This document shows positions 1 to 7,911 of a stretch of DNA of 32,342 nucleotides, one piece after another. Every line of letters begins with the position of its first letter. Position 1 is the first letter of the stretch. The translations under genes were made by a program, and so were the position numbers. The stretch is from Candidatus Zixiibacteriota bacterium (GTDB taxonomy: Bacteria; Zixibacteria; MSB-5A5; CAIYYT01): the NCBI GenBank assembly GCA_040235515.1, contig JBECKX010000119.1, positions 1 to 32,342 on the forward strand, read 5' to 3'. The notes beneath the pieces are model-generated. The model searched no databases, was not told the DNA's origin, and saw nothing but the letters and a program-made list of their open reading frames with translations.

Positions 1-157
1 TTTATGGATCCACCGGGATCAATACCGCATTCGGAACAGTCGTCAAGATTGACCCGAAGAAGAGAGAGTATATCAGCATGCTCTTTCCGGAAGTCGACCG
101 GGCCCCCTATTCGATGGCGGTTGGGCCACCAATCAAACAATGACAAAGGAAGAAATT

Positions 158-1969
158 ATGAGACAGATAATAAGTGTTACTGCAGCGATAGTCTGTTTGC
201 TGTCAGCAAGCGCAGTTGCTAGAGACTACTTCTACTACGATCTGGATGGTAGTCCCTACTATCTCCAGGTTTGCGATTCGATAGTGAACATTCAATTAGA
301 TTCGCTGGCCGCGTCGAAGGATTTCAATGCCCTCGCACTGGATCAGCCTGGTCTGCAGGATGATTACACTCCGCACAAGAGCTATTCCGGGTTTTGGACC
401 TATGGAGTCGAACCCGGCTACGACTACGATCAAATGCTTGCGGAGGTCAGAGCAGATACTTTAGTCGACTTTGCTACTCCCGTCTTTCAGGTCGATGACA
501 GCCTCCTGATTTATGAAGGTAATGCGGTTTTAGTCCGGTTCTACCAGGGCGCCGCTGAGGCGACCCTCAACGCAATTCTATCTTCATACTCCCTGAACGT
601 TGTGCAAGACCCGATCGACCTGCATATTCCCGATGGTTACGTTCTGCAGGCTACGGCGAACTCGCCTGATGAGACACTCGACATCTGCAATGCGGTATAC
701 CAGTTTACTCCGGGTGCGGTTCGATTCGCGGTGCCGAACTTCGGAGGAGACCTCCTGAAGTTTCAATACACTCCCTCAGACGAATACTACGCCGACTGGC
801 AATGGCACCTGAAGAAAGGAGCTGGAATCAATATGGAGGAGGCGTGGGAATTCCGGCAAGGTCAGTATCGAAGCGTTACTGCTATCGTCGACGTTGGCTT
901 CGATCTAGACCATGAGGACTTCGATCATGACTCGTATGTCTGGCCATTTGATGCAGCGGGCATTTCTGCATTTGACGAACCAATCTCAACTGTCGATTTT
1001 GACCCCAGAATACCGCTCACTGAAGTGCGGACAAATCCTGCTTCCTGGCACGGCACGGCAGCAATGGGAATCTTTGCAGCGATCACGGACAACAATAGGG
1101 GGGTTGCAGCAGCATCTGGAGACCTAAAGACTTGCCCCATCAAGATAAGCGATGATGGGATGCGGACGAACAACAACGCAATTTGGCAGGCACTCTGGTG
1201 GCCGTACGATGCTGACGCCGATGTAGCAGTTGTAACATTTACCGGACAAAGCATTCACCTTCCGGAGGTTGAGGATGCTATCAGGTCATCATATGAGCGT
1301 GGCATTGCATGGATAGCCGCGTCATCAAATGGCATTGGGTATGCAGGCTTTCCGGGGTGGATGGATGAAGTGCTCACGGTGACTGGTACAAATTTAACGA
1401 GCGATCCCCTGAACACAGGTCATGGCTCGACAGTTGATATTTCGGCCCCAGCAGTGATGATCGCTACTACAGACTTGACCGGACCGTACGGCTACAGCAG
1501 TCTTGATGATAACTGCATGGATGATGACGACTACACCTGCAACTTCGGTGGGACATCCGCTGCCGCCGCACAGGTCGCCGGGGTGGCTGCGTTAATCGTC
1601 TCGCGTCGGCCGGAGCTTCTGTGCAACGAGTGCACACCCGAAGCTCTCTATGATATACTGCGCCACACCGCCGACGATGGGGTCAGCCCGAATGATCCGC
1701 CGGGCTGGGATGAGTACTATGGCTACGGCAAATTGAATGCTCGTAACGCCGTGCTGGCCGTCTCTCGGGGAGATGCGAACAATGACGGGCAGTTTTCGAT
1801 CAGCGACGCCGTGTTCATGATCAACTATATCTTCGGAGGTGGTGATCCGCCAACGCCCGATTTGATGATGGGTGATGCTGATGGAAGCGGAAGCCTATCT
1901 ATCGGGGATGCGGTCCAGATCATTAACTACATCTTCGGCGGCGGCCCCGCGCCGGTGATTGTCTATTAA
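158..1969 (+). CDS. Secreted S8 (subtilisin-family) serine peptidase with C-terminal dockerin-like domain
   Basis: Signal peptide MRQIISVTAAIVCLLSASAVA. Catalytic triad motifs AIVDVG (Asp), WHGTAAMG (His), GGTSAAAAQVAG (Ser). C-terminal duplicated GDANNDGQFSISDAV..INYIFGGG / GDADGSGSLSIGDAV..INYIFGGG. ATG 158 is preceded by AAGGA; the ORF track starts at 140. Confidence 0.9.
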   Translation: MRQIISVTAAIVCLLSASAVARDYFYYDLDGSPYYLQVCDSIVNIQLDSLAASKDFNALALDQPGLQDDYTPHKSYSGFWTYGVEPGYDYDQMLAEVRADTLVDFATPVFQVDDSLLIYEGNAVLVRFYQGAAEATLNAILSSYSLNVVQDPIDLHIPDGYVLQATANSPDETLDICNAVYQFTPGAVRFAVPNFGGDLLKFQYTPSDEYYADWQWHLKKGAGINMEEAWEFRQGQYRSVTAIVDVGFDLDHEDFDHDSYVWPFDAAGISAFDEPISTVDFDPRIPLTEVRTNPASWHGTAAMGIFAAITDNNRGVAAASGDLKTCPIKISDDGMRTNNNAIWQALWWPYDADADVAVVTFTGQSIHLPEVEDAIRSSYERGIAWIAASSNGIGYAGFPGWMDEVLTVTGTNLTSDPLNTGHGSTVDISAPAVMIATTDLTGPYGYSSLDDNCMDDDDYTCNFGGTSAAAAQVAGVAALIVSRRPELLCNECTPEALYDILRHTADDGVSPNDPPGWDEYYGYGKLNARNAVLAVSRGDANNDGQFSISDAVFMINYIFGGGDPPTPDLMMGDADGSGSLSIGDAVQIINYIFGGGPAPVIVY

Positions 1970-2057
1970 GTTTTGCTACTCCATGCGCCGGCGCTGTACC
2001 GGATAAGAGCAGTGCCGCAAAAGGCAATTCGGTGTGAGCGCCCGTTGCATGATGTAT

Positions 2058-2086
2058 TGCCGGAGAGCGATGTCCGCTCTCCGGCA
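2058..2086. other. Perfect 12-bp GC-rich inverted repeat (hairpin) downstream of the S8 gene
   Basis: TGCCGGAGAGCG-atgtc-CGCTCTCCGGCA. No U-tract on either side, so terminator function is uncertain. Confidence 0.55.
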
Positions 2087-2163
2087 TGGATCTCCTGAGC
2101 GCACCATGTCGTCGGCATGCCGAGTAGAACCAAAGTTGTTCTCCCCACAACATCCACAACCGT

Positions 2164-2253
2164 TTGTCGATTTTGGTGCGGCTGTAAACTTGTGTGAAAT
2201 AGCGGCTTAGAACGTCGATACGCAAATCCATCAAAGGGTTGTCGATTTTGGTG
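2164..2253 (+). repeat. 15-bp exact direct repeat TTGTCGATTTTGGTG (2164-2178 and 2239-2253); candidate enhancer (UAS) sites
   Basis: Identical 15-mers with starts 75 bp apart, about 100-190 bp upstream of a sigma54-like promoter. Confidence 0.55.
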
Positions 2254-2354
2254 GGTTGAATCGCAAAAGGGGAAGGGAGATGAGCAGCAAGCTCTGATCG
2301 CTTCGTGAATACCTCGCAACGACTTACACGAAAACAAACTGTGATGGATCAAAT

Positions 2355-2369
2355 TGGCACGAGAGTTGC
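2355..2369 (+). promoter_or_regulatory. Putative sigma54 (-24/-12) promoter
   Basis: TGGCACGAGAGTTGC matches TGGCAC-N5-TTGC. An IHF-like CAA-N4-TTA lies at 2317-2326. Confidence 0.6.
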
Positions 2370-2380
2370 CACTACACTAA

Positions 2381-2530
2381 GCAGTGCAGGCCTCATTTCA
2401 GAGGGTTGGACGTTGCATCAGGAATTGGGGATGGGCGCTTCGAGGCGAATGCGAGAAGGCCTGCGGGGCGCCTCCCCGATTCTCTGTTCGGCATTAAAAA
2501 AACCGGCGAGCGGTTGCTCACCGGTTTCTT
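2381..2530 (+). ncRNA. Candidate sigma54-dependent small RNA (boundaries approximate)
   Basis: Lies downstream of the sigma54 motif with no convincing ORF. Closing helix GCAGGCCT (2386-2393) / AGGCCTGC (2457-2464). Ends in hairpins at 2464-2478 and 2496-2530. Confidence 0.35.
2496..2530. terminator. Intrinsic terminator, probably bidirectional (strongest on the minus strand)
   Basis: A7-CCGGCGAGC-ggtt-GCTCACCGG-TTTCTT. Read on the minus strand it gives a stem followed by U7, just downstream of the gene ending at 2557. Confidence 0.75.
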
Positions 2531-2556
2531 CAGGTCTACAAACTCAGGGATGATTA

Positions 2557-3684
2557 CTACTTCAGGAACATCATCTTGCGCGTCTCCTGCAGTTCGCCTG
2601 CATTGATCCGGTAGAAATAGACGCCGGACGCAAGATTGCGGGAGATATCATTCATCATGTCGATCGTCACAGTATGAACGCCTGCCGGCTGACTGCCGAA
2701 CTCGAAACCTTTCACTACCTGTCCCGCCACATTGATTATCTGGAGGCTGACCTCGGTCGGGCGGGGAAGCGCGTAGGAGATTGAAGTAGAAGGGTTGAAG
2801 GGGTTCGGATAGTTCTGCTCCACGGCAAAATCTGTCGGCAGAGTCGAGCCATCAAACTCTGCGACCAGGCTCAACTGATCGAGCGCAGTCTTCGAAGCAC
2901 CACAACTGTAAACTTCGGCCATAGGTTCGTCAGCGGAGGCGCCGATGCTCGGTTGCGGCGACGAGTAGTGGGTTACGCTGAATGCCTGGTAGATTGCCAG
3001 GGTGATGAAATCGTAGCGTTCGAATTCGATTGTCAAGTTAGCTACTGGGGGAAAGCCGGGGATGGTCGTCACTGACCAGACGCGCTCCACCGACTTCACT
3101 CGCAGGCAGGGCAGAGTGTTGGCACCGTACTTCACATCGCCGTAGGCATCGACTTCGTAGAACGTCGAGTCGGCTGTCGTGGTGGTGAAGCCCATGATGC
3201 TTAAATCGGAGTGACGGTAGGAGGTCCAGCTGTTGCCGTGGGAGAGCGGGAAGAGATACTCCGGGGCATAATCGTAATAGACAATCTGATAGTCGGTCGA
3301 GTCGGTTTCCGCAAATGTCCCCAGTTGCTGATAGTGGTCGGAGACTGATTCGGCGTAGTTCCACCCCGTGAATCCATCATCGTCAACTACCTGGATGCAG
3401 AGATTCGCAGTTGGAAAGGTTGCCGCCGCCGGTGTTGTCGCCGGGTTCACGACGACACTTGAATCAAGATCACCGAAAGGGACACTGGTGAAGTCCCAGA
3501 GGTGCCCGCCCCCCGATCCGGAAGTGACGGAATTCCAGAAGGCTTCGTCGATGTTTGCGTTGACGCTCCGCAGGACGGTACCCACGGCAGGTTGATAATT
3601 GTTGGCGGGGATCACGATCTGCGCCAGGACGGGCGCTGCCCCTGTCAGGAGCACGAGCAGGGTGAGCAGTAGCGAACGTTTCAT
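2557..3684 (-). CDS. Secreted protein with C-terminal T9SS-type-A / FlgD-Ig-like sorting domain
   Basis: Signal peptide MKRSLLLTLLVLLTGAAPVLA. C-terminal LPTDFAVEQNYPNPFNPSTSISYALP...LASGVYFYRI...RKMMFLK. RBS GGAGAG. Confidence 0.85.
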   Translation of the reverse strand: MKRSLLLTLLVLLTGAAPVLAQIVIPANNYQPAVGTVLRSVNANIDEAFWNSVTSGSGGGHLWDFTSVPFGDLDSSVVVNPATTPAAATFPTANLCIQVVDDDGFTGWNYAESVSDHYQQLGTFAETDSTDYQIVYYDYAPEYLFPLSHGNSWTSYRHSDLSIMGFTTTTADSTFYEVDAYGDVKYGANTLPCLRVKSVERVWSVTTIPGFPPVANLTIEFERYDFITLAIYQAFSVTHYSSPQPSIGASADEPMAEVYSCGASKTALDQLSLVAEFDGSTLPTDFAVEQNYPNPFNPSTSISYALPRPTEVSLQIINVAGQVVKGFEFGSQPAGVHTVTIDMMNDISRNLASGVYFYRINAGELQETRKMMFLK

Positions 3685-4005
3685 TTAACTCTCCAGAAGT
3701 TTATTGTGTGGCTGCGTCAGCCATTGTGAAGCCTCCCCTGACTGTGGTATCTCACTGAAGATTGGCAGCTGGGTAAGGGCCTGTTAATTTCGATTGTTCC
3801 ATGCCGTTCCCTGAGTCACTTCAGAGCGAGCTTGAGCATGCAGGTCGGGTACACTCTCACTGATGTCGGTATACTCCAACCCTCCGGAGTGGAAATTTAT
3901 CCAGTGGATCGACAAAGTCAAGATTGTAACGCGATTGTATCAAAACAAACTGCAATCGGCAATCGGGGAGTTGTGGAGGATTCGAGATTGTTGCCCCTTA
4001 ATAGT

Positions 4006-4173
4006 CTACTGATCTTCTCCGGTATTCTTCTCCCTGCGAGCCTCGCGCAGGGCTTTGCGGAGCAAGAATTCGATTTGTCCATTAAGGCTCCGTAGATCAG
4101 CATCAGCCCATTTCTGCAGAGCCTTAAGGACTTCAGGATCGATGCGTATCAGGAACGACTTCCGTTTCGCCAC
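4006..4173 (-). CDS. Arc/CopG ribbon-helix-helix DNA-binding protein (55 aa; absent from the ORF track)
   Basis: Manual translation from GTG 4173: MAKRKSFLIRIDPEVLKALQKWADADLRSLNGQIEFLLRKALREARREKNTGEDQ*. Shows the Arc-like F-x-x-R-I-D...R-S-L-N-G-Q-I pattern and lies directly downstream of the SPFH gene. Confidence 0.85.
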   Translation of the reverse strand: MAKRKSFLIRIDPEVLKALQKWADADLRSLNGQIEFLLRKALREARREKNTGEDQ

Positions 4174-4206
4174 AGCTACACACTTATCCTCTGTTTGCTA
4201 CAAACA

Positions 4207-5064
4207 TCATTGGTATATCGTCCCCGTATTGATCACCGGTTGACTGCCCGACTCGCCGCAGAGCACGACCAGGAGGTTGGAAACCATCGCTGCCTTCTGC
4301 TCGGAGTCCAGTTGCACGATCTCCTTCTTCGAGATCGCATCGAGTGCCATCTCTACCATACCGACCGCGCCCTCGACGATATATTGCCGGGCGGCAACGA
4401 TGGCGCCAGCCTGCTGGCGACGCAGCATTGCTTCGGCGATCTCCGGGGCATAGGCCAGGTGGCTGATTCGAGCTTCCAGAACATCCACGCCGGCCTTATC
4501 GAGGCGCTCCTGGATCTCCTTACAGAGTTGTTCCGAGATGGCATCCGTGTGTCCGCGCAAAGAGATCCGGTTGTCGTCGTGCGTATCGTAAGGGTGGTTG
4601 GTGGCCAGGTTTCTTACCGCTGACTCACTCTGGATATGGACGAACTGGGCATAGTTGTCGACGTGGAAACACGCTTCCGCCGTATCAACAACTTTCCACA
4701 CCACAATTGCCGCGATCTCAATCGGGTTGCCGTCGATGTCGTTGACCTTCATTTTGCCGGTTTCGAAGTTCCTGACACGTAGCGAAATCCTCTGTTTGCT
4801 GTAAAGGGGGTTGGCCCAGCGAAGGCCGTCCTCCCGGGCGGTGCCTGTATATTTACCAAACAGCTGCAGGACTCGAGCTTCATTCGGGTTCACCATGAAG
4901 AGTCCGAGCAGGAGGAAGGTGAATAAGAGCACTCCAAAAATTCCGATGAATTTAAACAGCAGTGCCGGCACGAAGATGATTGCCGCCACAGACCCAAGCC
5001 AGAGAATCAGGAATGCGAACAACGGGAACCATCCAGATGCGACTTTACGTTCAAGTTCTTTCAT
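4207..5064 (-). CDS. SPFH/Band 7 domain membrane protein
   Basis: Two N-terminal TM helices and motifs [33 protein letters not shown] and [17 protein letters not shown]. Start placed at ATG 5064 after GGAGG. Confidence 0.92.
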   Translation of the reverse strand: MKELERKVASGWFPLFAFLILWLGSVAAIIFVPALLFKFIGIFGVLLFTFLLLGLFMVNPNEARVLQLFGKYTGTAREDGLRWANPLYSKQRISLRVRNFETGKMKVNDIDGNPIEIAAIVVWKVVDTAEACFHVDNYAQFVHIQSESAVRNLATNHPYDTHDDNRISLRGHTDAISEQLCKEIQERLDKAGVDVLEARISHLAYAPEIAEAMLRRQQAGAIVAARQYIVEGAVGMVEMALDAISKKEIVQLDSEQKAAMVSNLLVVLCGESGSQPVINTGTIYQ

Positions 5065-5089
5065 TGAATTGATACCTCCGAAAAAGTGC

Positions 5090-5152
5090 GATATCAAAAA
5101 GTGATATCACATTGATATTACGAAGATATCGGTAGCGGGTTGCGAAAATCAA
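5090..5152 (-). promoter_or_regulatory. Promoter of the SPFH-RHH operon with four GATAT(C/T) boxes (candidate operator)
   Basis: GATATC at 5090, 5103 and 5125; GATATT at 5114. Possible -35 TTGATT (5152-5147) and -10 TATCTT (5128-5123) on the minus strand. Confidence 0.55.
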
Positions 5153-5231
5153 GAAAAATCGTGTGCTCTGGAGCGGATATTAGCTCGAAAACGCTTTAAG
5201 CCATCTCAGTAAAGCGCTGCGCAGGAATATT

Positions 5232-5747
5232 TTATGGAATTTTGGAAAGCCAGAGCGTTAGGTAAGTTGCAAATGAGGGGTAGCCGTTGATTCCGGGGAA
5301 TTTCGGAATATGGACGAGATTGAATGTGACGCGGCTCCAGCGATAACGCAGCATCGGCACCGCGCCGACGATCGAACCGGCGTCGCTAACTGACCTGCTG
5401 TCGATGAGACCGACGATCAATCCGAAATAGAGTTGATCGAAAAGGCGGTAGTCGTACCCGACCGCGCCAAAGCGCGCTGTGTAGTTATAGGAGTCATGAT
5501 AGATGGCGCCTTCGAGGTAGTAGCGACTGCGATCATTCGAGAAGAAGGTGTAGTTAACGCCGAGACCATAGTTGAACTCATTGAAGCGTCTTCCGCTGTC
5601 GTCGCGTCGGTCAAGATGATATGATAACCCGAACAGATCGATACCAAGTTCGCCGGCGGAAGCAGTCGCCGTTGGCAGGAAGCTGGCCGCAGCCACGATC
5701 AATGCGATGATGATTGGCCCGGTGAATTGCGAAGTTGAGTTTCCCAT
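5232..5747 (-). CDS. Exported beta-barrel protein, PagP-like
   Basis: Signal peptide ending ATASA and alternating aromatic beta-strands. SYH...RFNEFNYGLG and YHDSY resemble PagP WH...YNERPWGGG and FKDSW. Confidence 0.55.
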   Translation of the reverse strand: MGNSTSQFTGPIIIALIVAAASFLPTATASAGELGIDLFGLSYHLDRRDDSGRRFNEFNYGLGVNYTFFSNDRSRYYLEGAIYHDSYNYTARFGAVGYDYRLFDQLYFGLIVGLIDSRSVSDAGSIVGAVPMLRYRWSRVTFNLVHIPKFPGINGYPSFATYLTLWLSKIP

Positions 5748-5852
5748 TTAGATACAGATTAGCAGACGCGGATGCCGTGAGCAAGGAGAATTCCGCGATG
5801 AGCAGAATGTTCTGGGTTTCTCGAGCGTTGTGGCGGGTGAGAGAGTTGCACA

Positions 5853-5930
<78 letters not shown>

Positions 5931-5962
5931 ACGACAGGTTTTTGCATCGGCAAAGGTGCCCC

Positions 5963-5991
5963 AATAAAGGGACCTCCAGCCCTCCTGTCAA
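5963..5991 (-). promoter_or_regulatory. Putative sigma70 promoter of tRNA-Pro
   Basis: TTGACA-17 bp-TTTATT on the minus strand, about 30 bp upstream of the tRNA. Confidence 0.55.
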
Positions 5992-6120
5992 GCTTCAATC
6001 ATTCGGACTGATTTCCGTGCGTGAGTGCAATCTAGCTTGACGTCGATAAGAATATCCATTTGTTTGGGTTTTGCCGGGGCTATCGGGAGCTGACAACTTT
6101 CAATTAACGTGGATGAGAAG

Positions 6121-7809
6121 ATGAGTGAACAGGGCGTGAATCAAGTGATCGAACGGGAAGAGATGGAGGTTGATGTTTTGCTCGTAGGGGCGGGGCCGGG
6201 CAATCTCGCGTGTGCATATCGGCTGCTGGAACTGATCGAGCAGGACACAGCCAATGGTGGCGCGCTCGGCGAAACCTTGATCATGGTGATCGAGAAGGCG
6301 TCGAGCATCGGCGCGCATTCGATTTCCGGAGCGGTGCTTGATCCGATAGCGATCGACGAACTGATCCCGAACCATGCCGAACTTGGCTCCCCCGTCAAGA
6401 CTAGGGTTTCGAGCGACGCGATGCTCTACCTGAGCGAGAAGGGGAAGTTCAAGATGCCGTGGGTTCCCGCTTCTCTTCATCACGACGGCTGCTATATAAT
6501 CTCGCTCAACGAGCTGGTGAAGTGGATGGGTGAGCAGCTTGAAGCGAAGGGCTGTGAAATCTTCCCCGGTACCGGTGGAGCCGAGGTTCTTTTTGAGGGA
6601 GATAAGGTAGTCGGGGTTCGCACCGATGATAAGGGAATCGACAAGGAGGGCAACCGGAAGCCTTCATTTGAGCCGGGGATGAACCTCAAGGCGAAGGTGA
6701 CGGTACTGGGCGAGGGTGTTCGAGGTTCCCTGACAAAGTCGCTCATCACCCGGCTGGGATTGGACAAAGACTCAAATCCGCAACAATACACTACCGGTGT
6801 CAAGGAACTGTGGGAGTTCCCGGAGGGAACCCTTAAGCCGGGAGCGGTCTATCACACGATGGGCTTTCCGCTCGACAGCGAGACTTTCGGCGGTGGCTTC
6901 ATCTACAATCTGTCTGATAAGTTGATGTCGATCGGCCTGGTCGTCGGGCTGAACTATCGTAATCCCTTCACTGAACCGCAGGCGCTCTTCTCCAAAATGA
7001 AGCAACACCCATACGTCAGGGAGCTGTTGAGCAAGGGAAAGATGGTGCGTTATGGAGCCAAGGCATTGCCGGAGGGTGGTTATTGGTCGATCCCAAAGGC
7101 GTATGGTGATGGATTTCTGATCGTCGGGGATTCGGCATCGTTTCTAAATCCTGCCCGGCTTAAGGGTATACATCTGGCCATGAAAACCGGCATGCTCGCT
7201 GCCGAAACGATCTTCGATGCGCTCAAGCAGGGGGATGCATCGGAACAAACTCTTTCAAGCTATGAAAAGAGGTGGCGCAGTTCCTTCGTTCAGAAAGAAC
7301 TCTTCAAGAGCCGCAATTTCCACGCGATGTTTGAGCGAGGAATCTTCTCAGCGCCCGGCTTCGTTCTGAAGAATATCTGGACCGGATTCAGCCGGAAGCC
7401 GCGGGTGGAGCCAGATTCCGAGAACATGCGACAGTTAAATAGTTACTTTAATGGACAGCCCCCGAAGCCTGAGTCATGGCGGCCAAAGCCGGATGGGAAA
7501 TTGGTCTTCAACAAGCTCGATTCGGTCTATTACTCAGGCACCAACCACGAGGAGGATCAGCCTTCTCATCTGCAGGTCAGCGATACCAATATCTGTGCAA
7601 CGAAGTGTGTCGAGGAATATGGCAACCCGTGTCAGTTCTTTTGTCCCGCGAACGTCTATGAGATGGAGGAGGATGGGGGCGGACTGAAGCTCAAGATTAA
7701 TGCTTCGAACTGCGTGCACTGTAAGACGTGTGACATCGCCGATCCGTACGGCATCATCACCTGGGTAGTCCCCGAGGGTGGTGGCGGACCGCAATACGAT
7801 GGTCTGTAG
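6121..7809 (+). CDS. Electron transfer flavoprotein:quinone oxidoreductase (FAD + 4Fe-4S; FixC/FixX-type fusion)
   Basis: DVLLVGAGPG FAD motif, IEKASSIGAHSISGAV, YGAKALPEGG and RLKGIHLAMKTG; C-terminal CQFFCPANVY and NCVHCKTCDIADP. Start is ATG 6121 or GTG 6109. Confidence 0.93.
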   Translation: MSEQGVNQVIEREEMEVDVLLVGAGPGNLACAYRLLELIEQDTANGGALGETLIMVIEKASSIGAHSISGAVLDPIAIDELIPNHAELGSPVKTRVSSDAMLYLSEKGKFKMPWVPASLHHDGCYIISLNELVKWMGEQLEAKGCEIFPGTGGAEVLFEGDKVVGVRTDDKGIDKEGNRKPSFEPGMNLKAKVTVLGEGVRGSLTKSLITRLGLDKDSNPQQYTTGVKELWEFPEGTLKPGAVYHTMGFPLDSETFGGGFIYNLSDKLMSIGLVVGLNYRNPFTEPQALFSKMKQHPYVRELLSKGKMVRYGAKALPEGGYWSIPKAYGDGFLIVGDSASFLNPARLKGIHLAMKTGMLAAETIFDALKQGDASEQTLSSYEKRWRSSFVQKELFKSRNFHAMFERGIFSAPGFVLKNIWTGFSRKPRVEPDSENMRQLNSYFNGQPPKPESWRPKPDGKLVFNKLDSVYYSGTNHEEDQPSHLQVSDTNICATKCVEEYGNPCQFFCPANVYEMEEDGGGLKLKINASNCVHCKTCDIADPYGIITWVVPEGGGGPQYDGL

Positions 7810-7911
7810 GCCCCGGGAGGAGCAGAAGCGGGGATCGGCACTTATAGCGAGCCAAGTCCGGACTGATTGCAGTCGCATGGGTACACGGACTGCTTCGCCA
7901 ACTACTGAGAG

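Noticed and set aside
2305..2606. Short plus-strand ORFs (2305-2553, 2406-2606) as the sigma54 target
   Set aside because: One starts upstream of the promoter, both run through the terminator hairpin, the second overlaps the convergent gene, and neither has recognisable protein features.
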